A DNA stretch of 63,669 bases, counting the filler, from Thraustochytrium aureum (taxonomy: Eukaryota), in the NCBI GenBank assembly GCA_012862495.1. It is 8 parts of 6 records of this genome, joined end to end, with 100 filler letters (N's around TTAATTAATTAA, not from the genome) between each part and the next. Parts side by side here need not be neighbours in the genome. Positions count along the whole stretch, not along the records: positions 8,373 to 29,831 come from BLSG01000385.1; 7 more parts are not named here. One strand, 5' to 3'. Under the pieces are notes generated by a model, which was not told where the DNA came from, did no database searches, and worked only from the letters and a program-made list of their open reading frames with translations. Each line of letters starts with the position of its first letter. The first letter of the stretch is position 1. A program made the position numbers and the translations under genes. Shown in pieces: positions 9,761-21,455 of the stretch.

Positions 9761-12700
9761 TCACGGCGCGGCTGCCGGTACTTTGTACTTTGCCTCGACG
9801 CCGGCGAGGCGCTTGCGGATGGCCTCCGCCTCCTTGAGACGCAGCTTTTGCTCCTCCAGGACACGCTTGGCCTCGAGCTCCTGGACGTGGCGAAGTTGCA
9901 CGAGCGCCTCGATGGCTTGCGCCTTGTTGAGCTTGTTGTCGGCCTGCACTTGCGGGCCGTACGGAATGCCCGCCTTCTCGCACTCGGCGACGAGCGCCTT
10001 GGAGTTCTCAACCCCGCGAAACTCCTTTTCGAGCTTGGCAACGCGGCGCTTGAGCTCGTCCACGGAGAGGTGCTCCTGCGCTTGGCGGTGGAGGTCCTGG
10101 CGCAGCTCGAGCCGAGCTTCTGCCATCTTTTGCAGCATGAGCTCGTGGTAGGCTTTCTTGGAAAGCTCGTCGCCCTCGAGGATGGCCTCGATGTTGACGT
10201 CCTTGTCAGCCTCGCGGCGCAGCATGCGCTCGAGGTAGATCTTTTGCTCGTTGAAGATTTNNNNNNNNNNNNNNNNNNNNNNNNNNNNNNNNNNNNNNNN
10301 NNNNNNNNNNNNNNNNNNNNNNNNNNNNNNNNNNNNNNNNNNNNNNNNNNNNNNNNNNNNNNNNNNNNNNNNNNNNNNNNNNNNNNNNNNNNNNNNNNNN
10401 NNNNNNNNNNNNNNNNNNNNNNNNNNNNNNNNNNNNNNNNNNNNNNNNNNNNNNNNNNNNNNNNNNNNNNNNNNNNNNNNNNNNNNNNNNNNNNNNNNNN
10501 NNNNNNNNNNNNNNNNNNNNNNNNNNNNNNNNNNNNNNNNNNNNNNNNNNNNNNNNNNNNNNNNNNNNNNNNNNNNNGATTTCCTCTTCCTGCGACTTGG
10601 TGTGCTTGAACGGGTTGGCCCAGAAAGGCGCCCGGCGAGGCCAGGAACCGCTGGAATCTGGACCGGGTGGCAAACTCTGCTGGCGCCGCCAGCGCCTCCG
10701 CCTCTGCGTCCTTTTCGTGCTCAAGCGCGTCCTTCCAGCGCTGCAGCGCGTCGATCTCTTCCTGCAGGTCGTCGATGCGCTTTTGCGCTTGCGTGCGAAG
10801 ATCAATTTTGCCGTCTTTTGTCCTTCCTTCTACGGGCATGGCGCCCGCGTCGCCTTCGTTTTGCTCCACCTCCACAAGGACTGCAGGCTTGATCCAGCTG
10901 GTTTCCATTGTGAACGTATTGTAATAGTAGTGCCTGTCTGTCTCGACGTCGTAGAGTTTTTTCCAAGTCGCGAACTCGTTTGCTGGCGTCCAGGCGTGCT
11001 CGGACCTGCGGCCTTTGGCGTGAAACTCGTCGTAGCAGGCATCGCAATAGATATCGACGCAGTGCTTGCACTTGCGCGTCGCCGCGACCATCTCGCAGGT
11101 TGGGCACACCTGATCTCCGTACTGCAGCTCGGGCTCTTCGTCGAAGCGCTTGATGGGTTCATAAGTGTGTTTTGCGCGCGTCGTGCCGCTTGGGTGGGCT
11201 CTTGCCCAACAAAACAAGCAAAACCCGTCTCCGCACGGCTTGCAACGCCGATTTGCGAGCTGCTCTTCGCACACACAACAGACCTGGGTGTCTGTTTCGT
11301 CGAGCCCGAGTATGCCGTGATTCCGCGGGATGCCTTTGCTGTGCGCGCGAAGGCTACAGGCCTCGCAGAAGAGCTTGTTGCAGTGGTGGCAGTACACGTT
11401 GACAGGCCTGTTGCAAACGGCCTCGGCTGAGACCCAGGGCAACTTGGTTTTGCACCGTACTTGCTCGACAGGCCGCACCACGGCTTTGGCCGCCTGGCGT
11501 TCGCTGGCGACCCGCTCGCGTCGTGCCCGCGAGTCGCGAAACGCGCTGCGCTCTGCCGCCTCAGCAAGGCTAGGCGGCATCTCCCACTGCGAGAGCCCCG
11601 TCAGACTGTTGTAGTAGTAAACGCTGTCGTTCGCCGGGTCGCTCTGGACCTCCTCCCAAGCCTTTTCCACCTGGTTGTCGTAGTGCGCGCGTCGCAAGAT
11701 GCGCTCAAGTACGTCGAGATCAGGAAGTCCTCGCGCCCAGCCTGGAGGTTTAAAGCGAATGCGGTCGAGCTCGGCCTCGTTTTCTGCGAATTGCGGTTGC
11801 GGCGGCCTCGGTGCGGATCTTGGCGGTGTCTGCGAGACGTTCCGCCGCGATCCGCTCCTTGCGGTCGAACTTGAGCCGCTCGGCCTCGGCCTTGGCCCGC
11901 CGCTCGCGGACGTACTGCTCTTTGAGCTCGCGGTTTTTCCCTGGCGTATCATTCGCTTGAATCGCTTACGCCCTCGCGAGGCGCGCCAAAGACGCTGGAC
12001 CGTGAGGCTGGCTGCGAGCTCCGCATCCAGCAAGGCGCGTCGAGCCTTGAATCGTGCCAGCAGTGCCCTGTACTCGAGAACGTGGCGGCGGAAAAAGTTT
12101 TGTACGACGGCGGCGGCGCGCCCGCGTCGAGCGCGCTCGAGCATGCGCCGGGCCAAAAGGCCTCGGACTGGGCGCTGTATAGTGGCAGCGGCAGATTCTT
12201 GACGTATGCGCTTGAGTCGGCGCAAAACTGCTCGGGCCTGAAAAGCCCGCACAGCTCGTTGGATCACCATCGCAGAGCGTCGCCGCTCGACTTGCTCCCA
12301 CCTCACTTTGGCGCATACGCGGTCGTGCTGCCGTCTACGCTCCCGCGCGTTGTGGTCTCGGCGTCTTCGGGCGAGAAAGGGCCGGGCAGCGGACCGCTGC
12401 ACCATCAGAGCGGCTCGGAGGCGCCTGAGTGTGAGGACGTAGAGGCGGGCAAAGTGGCCGCGCAGCACGCGTTGAATGTCGTTCGCCGAGCTGCGCTCCA
12501 GCTTTCGGCGAGCCATGATTGCCACATAGTGGACTTTCAGTTTTGCGAGCTCCCGCTGGGCCAGCGTCGACCTCGCCCACGACTGAATGCGCACCACGGC
12601 TCGAAGGTAGCGCGCTCGGCGCGTTGCCCAGACGCGCCTCGCCCAGCACTGTAGGCAGAGCGCCGCGATTCGGCGTCGAAGCCTCTGCCGCGCGACTTTG

Positions 12701-14661
12701 GACCGCCACGCGCACTGCATTGTCGTCGCCGCCCTCGCCTCGCGAAGGAACTGCACTCGTCGTACTGCCGCGACCGACCGCCATAAACATTGAATGGTCG
12801 TGGCAGAGCGAAACAGGAGCAACTGACGAGCGAGCTTGAGACGGAACAGCTTGCGTCGAGCTGCTGTGCAGCGTGCGAAACGCTGAATTGTTAGCACTGC
12901 TCTCAAGCGGGCTCTGCGCTTGGCCACTGCTTTGCGAGCTACATGCCCCCTGTAGGTCTTTTGAATCCTGAGCGACGACTCAAGCTCCCTTTCTGCGTTG
13001 TAGCGGCGCGCGGCGCACCGCATGGCAATCTCGAACTGACCCTGAACGGTCCACCAGAAGATTTGGATTCGCTGCGCTGCGCGGTGGCGCCTGGCGAGCT
13101 CGAGCTCGTGACGCGTCTTTNNNNNNNNNNNNNNNNNNNNNNNNNNNNNNNNNNNNNNNNNNNNNNNNNNNNNNNNNNNNNNNNNNNNNNNNNNNNNNNN
13201 NNNNNNNNNNNNNNNNNNNNNNNNNNNNNNNNNNNNNNNNNNNNNNNNNNNNNNNNNNNNNNNNNNNNNNNNNNNNNNNNNNNNNNNNNNNNNNNNNNNN
13301 NNNNNNNNNNNNNNNNNNNNNNNNNNNNNNNNNNNNNNNNNNNNNNACACCTCGCGCTTGGCGCGCTCGCGTCGTGCGGCGACTTTGACGTTGAGCGCGT
13401 AGCTACCCTGCGAGACCCGCCAGGCCTTTTGCAGCCGGCGCGCCGCCAGGTCCTCGTGCTCCCACTCGCGCTTGCGCATGAGGACGATACGTCTACCGTG
13501 GCGACCCCGCAGAATTCGTTGCAGCTTGACTGCGGCTGCAGATCGAGCGCGGCATTTGTCTCGCAGTTTAAGCGCCTTGCGCTCCAACATTGCGCCTCGT
13601 CGCGCGCGCCGTCGGCGCGCGAACAGGCCACGGAGCGCTGCCTGAATAGTAATGGCCGCCAAAAAGCGGCGAGAGTCTGCGGCTCTGCGACCTCGCAATG
13701 CACAAACATGGCGCTGGGCGCAGAACCGGCGGAAGGTCTGCTGCACCTTTGCAGCGGCGGCCACGCGCAAAGCGGCAGTTGCCGCAAGGTCTGCCCTGAA
13801 TGCTCTGAGCATGCGTCCCTTTCGCTCGAGGAACGCCCCGGCGCATACTGCCCGGATTGCGCTCGCTCTCTCATGATGGCGGCGAAGGCGTAGTCGGCTG
13901 GCCAGCTTTCGCGCTCGCCATCCGCGGACGACTCGTTGCAACACACGTGCGGCCGCCTCCTGCTCTTTGTGCGACTCTTCAGCAGCAGCTCGCTTCCAGT
14001 GCGCCAAGTAGGCGCGCGGCCGTCTGGCTAGGACGCGGCGCGCGATGCGGTTGAGGGAGTGAATGCTCTTTGCCTGCCGGATTGCGAGCTCGCTCTTGCG
14101 GCGAAGCTCCTCCTCTTCCTTGTTGAGGATGTCAACGAAGCGCCGCCACTTGCGCAGCCCGAGTCGAAGCGTGCGCCGCCTAAGGCGAACGACGACGTCA
14201 ACGACTGCGCGCTTCATCCGCTGGCGGCACTCGTTGATGTCTGTTTGAAACAGGAGCGGCATCGGCAGCACCTTGCGGGCCTCCACAATGCTCTCCTCAA
14301 TAGCCTGGCTTGCCCTGAACTCTGCTAAAACATGCTTGCGCAGCATTGCGTCCAATTTCCTTGGGTCGCTTGCTTCAGTAGAAGCTCGGGCCACTGAGCG
14401 TTGTCCAAGCGAGGCCTTGGGTGGCCTCGGCGACGCACCAGTCACCTCAACAAACCTCGTCAGCGGCGCGTCGCCGCCGTCCTCGGTATTGCCCCGGAGC
14501 ATACTCGTCGAGCTCTCGCGCCCTGAGGCGCCTTGCACACGATTTGCGCTGCCCGAGAGTCTCTCTCGCAGCGCCTCGAGTTCGCTGGCGGCAACCTTGC
14601 GGCTCCCATCCGTCCGGGTTGGCACGAACAGAGGCGCTGGCCCGTCGCCAGGCGCCGACAT
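9761..14661 (-). CDS. giant IQ calmodulin-binding repeat protein with two WW domains and tandem B-box zinc fingers (gaps; frameshift near 11830-11945)
   Basis: Many IQ motifs (LQRVVRGWRAR, IQAALRGLFARR, IQKTYRGHVARK, IQRVLRGHFAR). WW domains WEEV..YYYNSLTGLSQWEMP and WKKLYD..YYYNTFTMETSWIKP. B-boxes CHHCNKLFCEACS..H, CKPCGDGFC..CW..H and CKHCVDIYCDACY..H. C-terminal coiled coil in ORF 9761-10225. Confidence 0.85.
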
Positions 14662-15072
14662 CCTTGCTCGCCAGCTGCCTTTGTCGCTGCTCGCTCGCGT
14701 GGAATGGTGCGCCGGCCGGGCTCACCGGCCGATGGCCGGCCGATGACCAGTCAACCGACAAACAAACCTGCTGGCTGGCCAGCTGACNNNNNNNNNNNNN
14801 NNNNNNNNNNNNNNNNNNNNNNNNNNNNNNNNNNNNNNNNNNNNNNNNNNNNNNNNNNNNNNNNNNNNNNNNNNNNNNNNNNNNNNNNNNNNNNNNNNNN
14901 NNNNNNNNNNNNNNNNNNNNNNNNNNNNNNNNNNNNNNNNNNNNNNNNNNNNNNNNNNNNCGCGCTTGAAAGGCGGCGCTGGGCGTCCAGAAGGCAAGGA
15001 AAGGCTGGCGGCTGGCGCGCCGGGCACCTGGCTGGCCCCGGGCAGGCGCGAGCGCAGGTTGGAAGCGACACG

Positions 15073-15939
15073 ATGAGCGAGGAGAAGGCGAGGCAGCAAG
15101 CTCGCGAAGCCGTGCTGAGGAAGCACAAGGCCGAGCGCAAAGAGCTGCGCAAGGTCTGCAACGACGCGCTGAGCGGGAAGAAGGGCGACGAGCGCGCAGC
15201 CGCCGAAAAGGAGAATGCTGAGCGCAGCGATGCGATGGCGGCAAGACACGCAGCCGAGCTAGAGGCGTTCGACGCCGGGGAGGAGGTCGAAGGCGTGGAG
15301 CCAGTCGCCGCGGCCCCGCCCCAGTGCTGGGCGCGAACGGCAAGCCCTTGTCGAAGACGCAGCGGCGGCGCGAGAAGGAGAAGGCGAAGCAGCGCGAGGA
15401 CGAGAAGCGACGCGCCGAGCTCCGCGCAGGGCAGGGCCCTTCCGCGCGCGAAATCGAGCTTGAGCGGATCGCCAAGGCTCTGGGGCAACCTGGGACTTCA
15501 GGTGAAGGAGATGGAAGCAGATGGCCACTGCATGTTTCGCGCAGTGGCCGACCAGCTCGCGCAGAGCGGCAAAGGCAGCATCGACGCATCGACGAAGGAA
15601 CCACACCTGTTGCTCCGGTCGATGTGCACGCAGTTCATGAAGGCGCACCGGCACGAGTTTGAGCCCTTTGTTGCTGCGGAAAGCGAGGAGCCGATGCCGT
15701 TTGAGCGCTACCTAGAGCGGATGCAGAAGACCTCCGAATGGGGCGGCCAGCTCGAGCTGCGGGCGCTCGCGGGCGCCCTGGAGACGCCGATCAAGGTCGT
15801 GGACGCGGAGCGTGGCGAGGCGCTGGTGATGGGGGAGGAGTTTTCGGGCGAGCCGCTTGTCATAACCTTTCACAGGCACTTTCTGGCCCTCGGCGAGCAC
15901 TACAACTCTGCCGAGCCACAGCGCGCCGCGAGCGAGTAG
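15073..15939 (+). CDS. OTU-domain deubiquitinase, OTUD6B/Otu2-like (compensating frameshifts near 15320 and 15485)
   Basis: N-terminal HKAERKELR coiled coil, SKTQRRREK in the alternative frame, catalytic EADGHCMFRAV, WGGQLELRAL, GEHYNS. Confidence 0.9.
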   Translation: MSEEKARQQAREAVLRKHKAERKELRKVCNDALSGKKGDERAAAEKENAERSDAMAARHAAELEAFDAGEEVEGVEPVAAAPPQCWARTASPCRRRSGGARRRRRSSARTRSDAPSSAQGRALPRAKSSLSGSPRLWGNLGLQVKEMEADGHCMFRAVADQLAQSGKGSIDASTKEPHLLLRSMCTQFMKAHRHEFEPFVAAESEEPMPFERYLERMQKTSEWGGQLELRALAGALETPIKVVDAERGEALVMGEEFSGEPLVITFHRHFLALGEHYNSAEPQRAASE

Positions 15940-16932
15940 AGCGCGGGGTAGTCGCCAGCCCACGTCTTTTTTGAATGAAAAGAATCCCTCGTACTGTTGA
16001 AACCGAAACCCGCCCCCGTTGTCAGCTCCTCCGCGCGCGCCCCAACGCTCGCCGGCTGCGAACTCGAACTGCCGCCAGCGGCGGCTTGGCCGAGACTCGT
16101 TTGCTCTCGCAGACCGCCCAAGCCACCGACCTCGGGCCGATTTTTTTGATTTTTTTTGAATTTTAAAAATTTCGTTTCGCCTGTCAGTGTCAGGTGTCAG
16201 GCTCAGTCAGGCAGTCGAGCAAGGGACCTGCACTGGGCTTGACCCGCCGCCGCTCGCCGGGTCGGAGGACCTGCGCAGCGCACTGTCTTCCTTGCGAGCA
16301 AGTCAACGTGCCCGCTGCGCGCGCCTCCACGGCGCTGACCCGCGGGGGCGGAAGCGCGCGCGCCTGCGCCNNNNNNNNNNNNNNNNNNNNNNNNNNNNNN
16401 NNNNNNNNNNNNNNNNNNNNNNNNNNNNNNNNNNNNNNNNNNNNNNNNNNNNNNNNNNNNNNNNNNNNNNNNNNNNNNNNNNNNNNNNNNNNNNNNNNNN
16501 NNNNNNNNNNNNNNNNNNNNNNNNNNNNNNNNNNNNNNNNNNNNNNNNNNNNNNNNNNNNNNNNNNNNNNNNNNNNNNNNNNNNNNNNNNNNNNNNNNNN
16601 NNNNNNNNNNNNNNNNNNNNNNNNNNNNNNNNNNNNNNNNNNNNNNNNNNNNNNNNNNNNNNNNNNNNNNNNNNNNNNNNNNNNNNNNNNNNNNNNNNNN
16701 NNCTCGAGGGGCCGGCCGGGGCGAGCTCCGACCTGGACGCGAGCTCTGGCTTGGACACGAGGAGCACCTCGCCGCGGTCGCGCGCTGCCGACGGATCAAG
16801 CAGGTCCTCCTGGCATGCGGAGGAGCGCAGCAACTCCCGCGACGGGTGCACAGTCCAGAGGCGTGGCGACGCGGCTCGCAAGGAGAACGCCGCGAGCGCC
16901 GCCAATGCCAGCCCCAACAGCAGCGCATTTTG

Positions 16933-18007
16933 ATGCACTCTGATGGCGCTGCGTCTGGATTTCGCAAGACCGCGCTGAAGCGCGGGTCCCCGCAAACTAG
17001 CCAGCAAGAGCGCGAGGCAGACGCTAAGCGGGCCAAGGCGAGCAGCATCGACTCTGCGCGCCTTGTGCACGGTGGAGCGCTCGTGTCCGAGGAGCAGCAA
17101 CTCGCCCTGCCAGAGCCTGCCCCAAGAACGGTCGAGGACCTCGCGCAGCAGGCCGAAACGGAGGCCAGACAGAAGGCAGACGACGAAGCGCAGCTGCAAA
17201 CGGACGTGATGGCCTTTCAAGCGGAAGACCGCGCCTTCTTGCACGGTCTTGAAGCGGAAGCAGAGGCGCTGTGCGCGGGCAGATCGAGTGCGTTTCGCGC
17301 GGCCTTCTTGGCCGAGTGGGCCCAGCAGGTGGCCAAGCTGGACGCCGTGTTCGAGTCGACTGAGGCGGCATTCCAAGGACAAATCGACGACGAGAGGCGG
17401 CGCGAGGACGTGGCGCGCGGCGCCTGGGAGTACCAGATGAACAAGCTGGGGAAACAGATCCAGACGATGCTGGACAAGCGCGAAACGGTCAAGGTAAGTC
17501 CGCAGATGTGCCGTTTTGGTTCGGTCGCAGGGGCGAGGTCTCTAACCGACGTCGAGCGCCGGCGAACCCGCTCGTCGACCTGCAGGAGGAGACCGCGGAG
17601 TGTCAGGCGCAGCTGGAGCGCTACAGTGGGGATGCTGAGGTACTATCCGCGCGCGAGTCAGTTGACGATTTACACCAGCTCATCGGTACGTTGTTTGCTT
17701 CAATCCGCCATCTGAGCGGGAACGTGCCGCTCAGCGCTTTCGCTGACAGAGCCTGTCGCCGAACGAAACTGCGGCAGCCTCGCTGCTCTCCTCGGCAAAG
17801 GCGATCCGCCAAGCCAAAGACGCCAAGTTTGCGTCAAAGGCCGACATGGTCAACTGCATCCTCTGCCACAGCGAGCCGCGCTCGATCGTGCTGCAGCCCT
17901 GCAACCACTTGTCGCTCTGTGGCACCTGCTTGCCCAAGCTGACGAAGCGGCACTGCCCGGTCTGCCGAGCGCCGATCCAAGGCACGGTCCCGGTGATCCT
18001 CGCCTGA
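16933..18007 (+). CDS. coiled-coil protein with C-terminal C3HC4 RING finger (putative E3 ligase), multi-exon; 5' end uncertain (adjacent gap)
   Basis: Last exon [41 protein letters not shown], stop 18005-18007. GTAAGT donor at 17494 with an in-phase CAG acceptor at 17585. Second GTACGT donor near 17686. Confidence 0.8.
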
Positions 18008-18318
18008 CACCCGCCAGGCAACAAGGACCCGCCTCGATACGGCGGCCAGAGTCCGCGGGCCGCAGCCCAAGCCCCGTGGCGCCGACGACAGCAGCAAACC
18101 AACTCAACAACGAGCGCCAACTCGATGCTCGCAGACGGAGAAATTCGAATGGAAGGTGTGCGCCGCAGCAGGTGAAGCGGAGGACGCCGACGCGCAGCAG
18201 CAGTCACAATCGCAGTGACTGCCGCAGCAGCCGTGCAAGGCGGGGGGTCGAGCGAGTATTAAGGCGCGAGCTGTCGAATTGGGGGACCGCGGGCGGGCCA
18301 CGCAAAGCGAGCGAGCAG

Positions 18319-18684
18319 ATGGGGCAGCTCTTTTCCAAGGTGTTGGGCGCGGTGGCCAAGGCCAAGACCCCGTCTCCCACAGCCGCCAAGGAGCTGGCTG
18401 TTGCAGCCGCGCCGACCGCGAGCGACGCAGCGGCTCCTGTAGAGGAGAGCGGCAACGAGGTGGACTTTGAGCAGGTGCGCAAGGACCTGCTCGCGATCAT
18501 GGACAGCGACAACTACGACGACGGGAGCTACGCGCCCGTCCTGATTCGTCTTGGCTGGCACAGCTCGGGCACGTACGACCCGGACGCCAAGAACAAGGGC
18601 GGCTCGGCAAACGCGGGCATGCGCTCGCCCCCGAGAAGAACGACCCCGAGAACGCCGGGCTCCACATTGCTCAGAACGTCCTGG
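18319..18684 (+). CDS. class I haem peroxidase (cytochrome c/ascorbate peroxidase family), 5' part; remainder in N-gap
   Basis: [22 protein letters not shown]...GGS..AGMR carries the distal R-x-x-W-H signature. N-terminus MGQLFSK. Confidence 0.88.
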
Positions 18685-19490
18685 NNNNNNNNNNNNNNNN
18701 NNNNNNNNNNNNNNNNNNNNNNNNNNNNNNNNNNNNNNNNNNNNNNNNNNNNNNNNNNNNNNNNNNNNNNNNNNNNNNNNNNNNNNNNNNNNNNNNNNNN
18801 NNNNNNNNNNNNNNNNNNNNNNNNNNNNNNNNNNNNNNNNNNNNNNNNNNNNNNNNNNNNNNNNNNNNNNNNNNNNNNNNNNNNNNNNNNNNNNNNNNNN
18901 NNNNNNNNNNNNNNNNNNNNNNNNNNNNNNNNNNNNNNNNNNNNNNNNNNNNNNNNNNNNNNNNNNNNNNNNNNNNNNNNNNNNNNNNNNNNNNNNNNNN
19001 NNNNNNNNNNNNNNNNNNNNNNNNNNNNNNNNNNNNNNNNNNNNNNNNNNNNNNNNNNNNNNNNNNNNNNNNNNNNNNNNNNNNNNNNNNNNNNNNNNNN
19101 NNNNNNNNNNNNNNNNNNNNNNNNNNNNNNNNNNNNNNNNNNNNNNNNNNNNNNNNNNNNNNNNNNNNNNNNNNNNNNNNNNNNNNNNNNNNNNNNNNNN
19201 NNNNNNNNNNNNNNNNNNNNNNNNNNNNNNNNNNNNNNNNNNNNNNNNNNNNNNNNNNNNNNNNNNNNNNNNNNNNNNNNNNNNNNNNNNNNNNNNNNNN
19301 NNNNNNNNNNNNNNNNNNNNNNNNNNNNNNNNNNNNNNNNNNNNNNNNNNNNNNNNNNNNNNNNNNNNNNNNNNNNNNNNNNNNNNNNNNNNNNNNNNNN
19401 NNNNNNNNNNNNNNNNNNNNNNNNNNNNNNNNNNNNNNNNNNNNNNNNNNNNNNNNNNNNNNNNNNNNNNNNNNNNNNNNNNNNNNNNNN

Positions 19491-19851
19491 CTACAAGCTC
19501 CGCAAAGTTCGGGAACTGTTTACGCAGGAGGAGCCTGATGACCCTGACCATTTGCCCGTGTTCGCGGCGACACAGGCGCACGAGGCGGCAGCAGCGACGC
19601 CCCTGCCTCAAGTGGCTGGCGTGCCGGTCAAAGCGCCGTGCGACTTTTGCGGTGACGACGGCAAGTGCGAGGGGTTTTCGCCATCGCCCGTTAATCCTCT
19701 TTTCTGCCGTTGCGGTCACGAGCGCGGCTCGCACGACTTTGACCTGAGCGGGGCGGGCGGTGGAGCGCCATCCGCTGATCGCGCTGCCGAAGCGCTGCCG
19801 CTGCGCAAGCTTCGAGCGTCTTTTCTTGCTGCAACAGCTCGCCGGCGCTGA
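19491..19851 (+). CDS. 3' coding fragment with a Cys/His cluster (possibly the C-terminal extension of the peroxidase)
   Basis: CDFC...CEGFSPSPVNPLFCRCGHERGSH, stop at 19849-19851. Confidence 0.5.
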
Positions 19852-21455
19852 CGGTTCATGTGAGCTGGTCCGAGAGCTAGTGTAGACGTCGTCGACTTGG
19901 CTTTTGGATTGAACGATCCATGGGTGGATTGGAGGTGGGCTGTCGACGGAATGGGCTGCGGGCGGCAATGGGCACGACAGAAGCTGCATGTGAAAGAGAC
20001 ATGTGGAAGAGAGGCCAGGCCGGTGTGGCAAGCACGAGTCTAAAGGTGGCGAACAACCTGACCGAATCATAGCCGTCCGGTCTTGGTACCACTTGCGGAA
20101 GTGATGCAAGTAGTTACAAACGGAGTGGACTTTCAATTGAGTTGCCTAATTCTTGACCAAGCAGGTGGTCATCAGCAAATTTTGTCACAGGCGTGTCGTG
20201 TCAATACCGCAAGGCTGTCATCCGGCACGTTTTGCGTCATCTGGGTACCTTTGATTCGCATTGGCGTCTGGTCCTCATGGGCGGCCTGGGTCCTCTCCAG
20301 CGAGCCGCCTCCGTGGCGCAGCCAGACGTCCCTGTTGGTGCTGCCTGACCTAGTCATGGGTTCGGCAGCGCCGTTTCGTTCATCTCTTTGAGGTCGCGCC
20401 TCCCGTCGCTTTTAGAATAGCGTACTCTAGAGTAGCAACACCCTAACCACATGAAGTGATCAAGACACAACCCATCCCAACCAAGCATGTGCTCAGGGCA
20501 CTTCGTGCGGTGATCTTCGCGCCGTCAAGCCGTAGCAGACTCGCAAGAGCTGCAATCGGCGTGCGGGCCAAGCCGGTCGGCCCTCCAATCAGGATCGGTA
20601 TCTCGGAGTTGCCGAAAGTTACCGTTGCAGCGTGTCGGAATAGTGCGCTGGGCGGGGCGGGGCGGGGCGGCACAGGCAGCCCAGCCCGTCCACCGCCCCA
20701 CCTCACACGAGGTGATTTTTCCAGGAGCTAGCCGCCGCGAGAGTGCGACGCGCTGATTATTTATCGCGCTCACGTCAGAACGGTCCTGCCCGGTCCACCC
20801 TCCCAACCCTCCGCAGGTTGACCGCCTCCAAGCGACGACTCCCGACCGGGACGCGCCCCCGGCCGCAGCAAAGCCCACCAGGCTGGCTGGCGAGCTCGTG
20901 GGCTAGCCGAGCTCGCAGTGTTGGCCCTGGTGAGGCCGAGCCTGCATTTGCGACAGCTGCTGCAGAATGTAGCGAGAGTGTACTGACAGGCAGACCTGTC
21001 AGGCCNNNNNNNNNNNNNNNNNNNNNNNNNNNNNNNNNNNNNNNNNNNNNNNNNNNNNNNNNNNNNNNNNNNNNNNNNNNNNNNNNNNNNNNNNNNNNNN
21101 NNNNNNNNNNNNNNNNNNNNNNNNNNNNNNNNNNNNNNNNNNNNNNNNNNNNNNNNNNNNNNNNNNNNNNNNNNNNNNNNNNNNNNNNNNNNNNNNNNNN
21201 NNNNNNNNNNNNNNNNNNNNNNNNNNNNNNNNNNNNNNNNNNNNNNNNNNNNNNNNNNNNNNNNNNNNNNNNNNNNNNNNNNNNNNNGGCTGCGCCGCGG
21301 CTGCGCGGCAGGCGGGGAGAGCGCAGGGGCGGGATCCCGGCGCCCGGCGAGGCGGGTTGTTTGGTGGTCGACGCGCGGTCAGCCGGCAGATTGTTTTGTT
21401 CCGAGGCCTGAAACAGCCGCTCGAGCGGGACTGGGGCGCGCCACGCGCCGGGACG

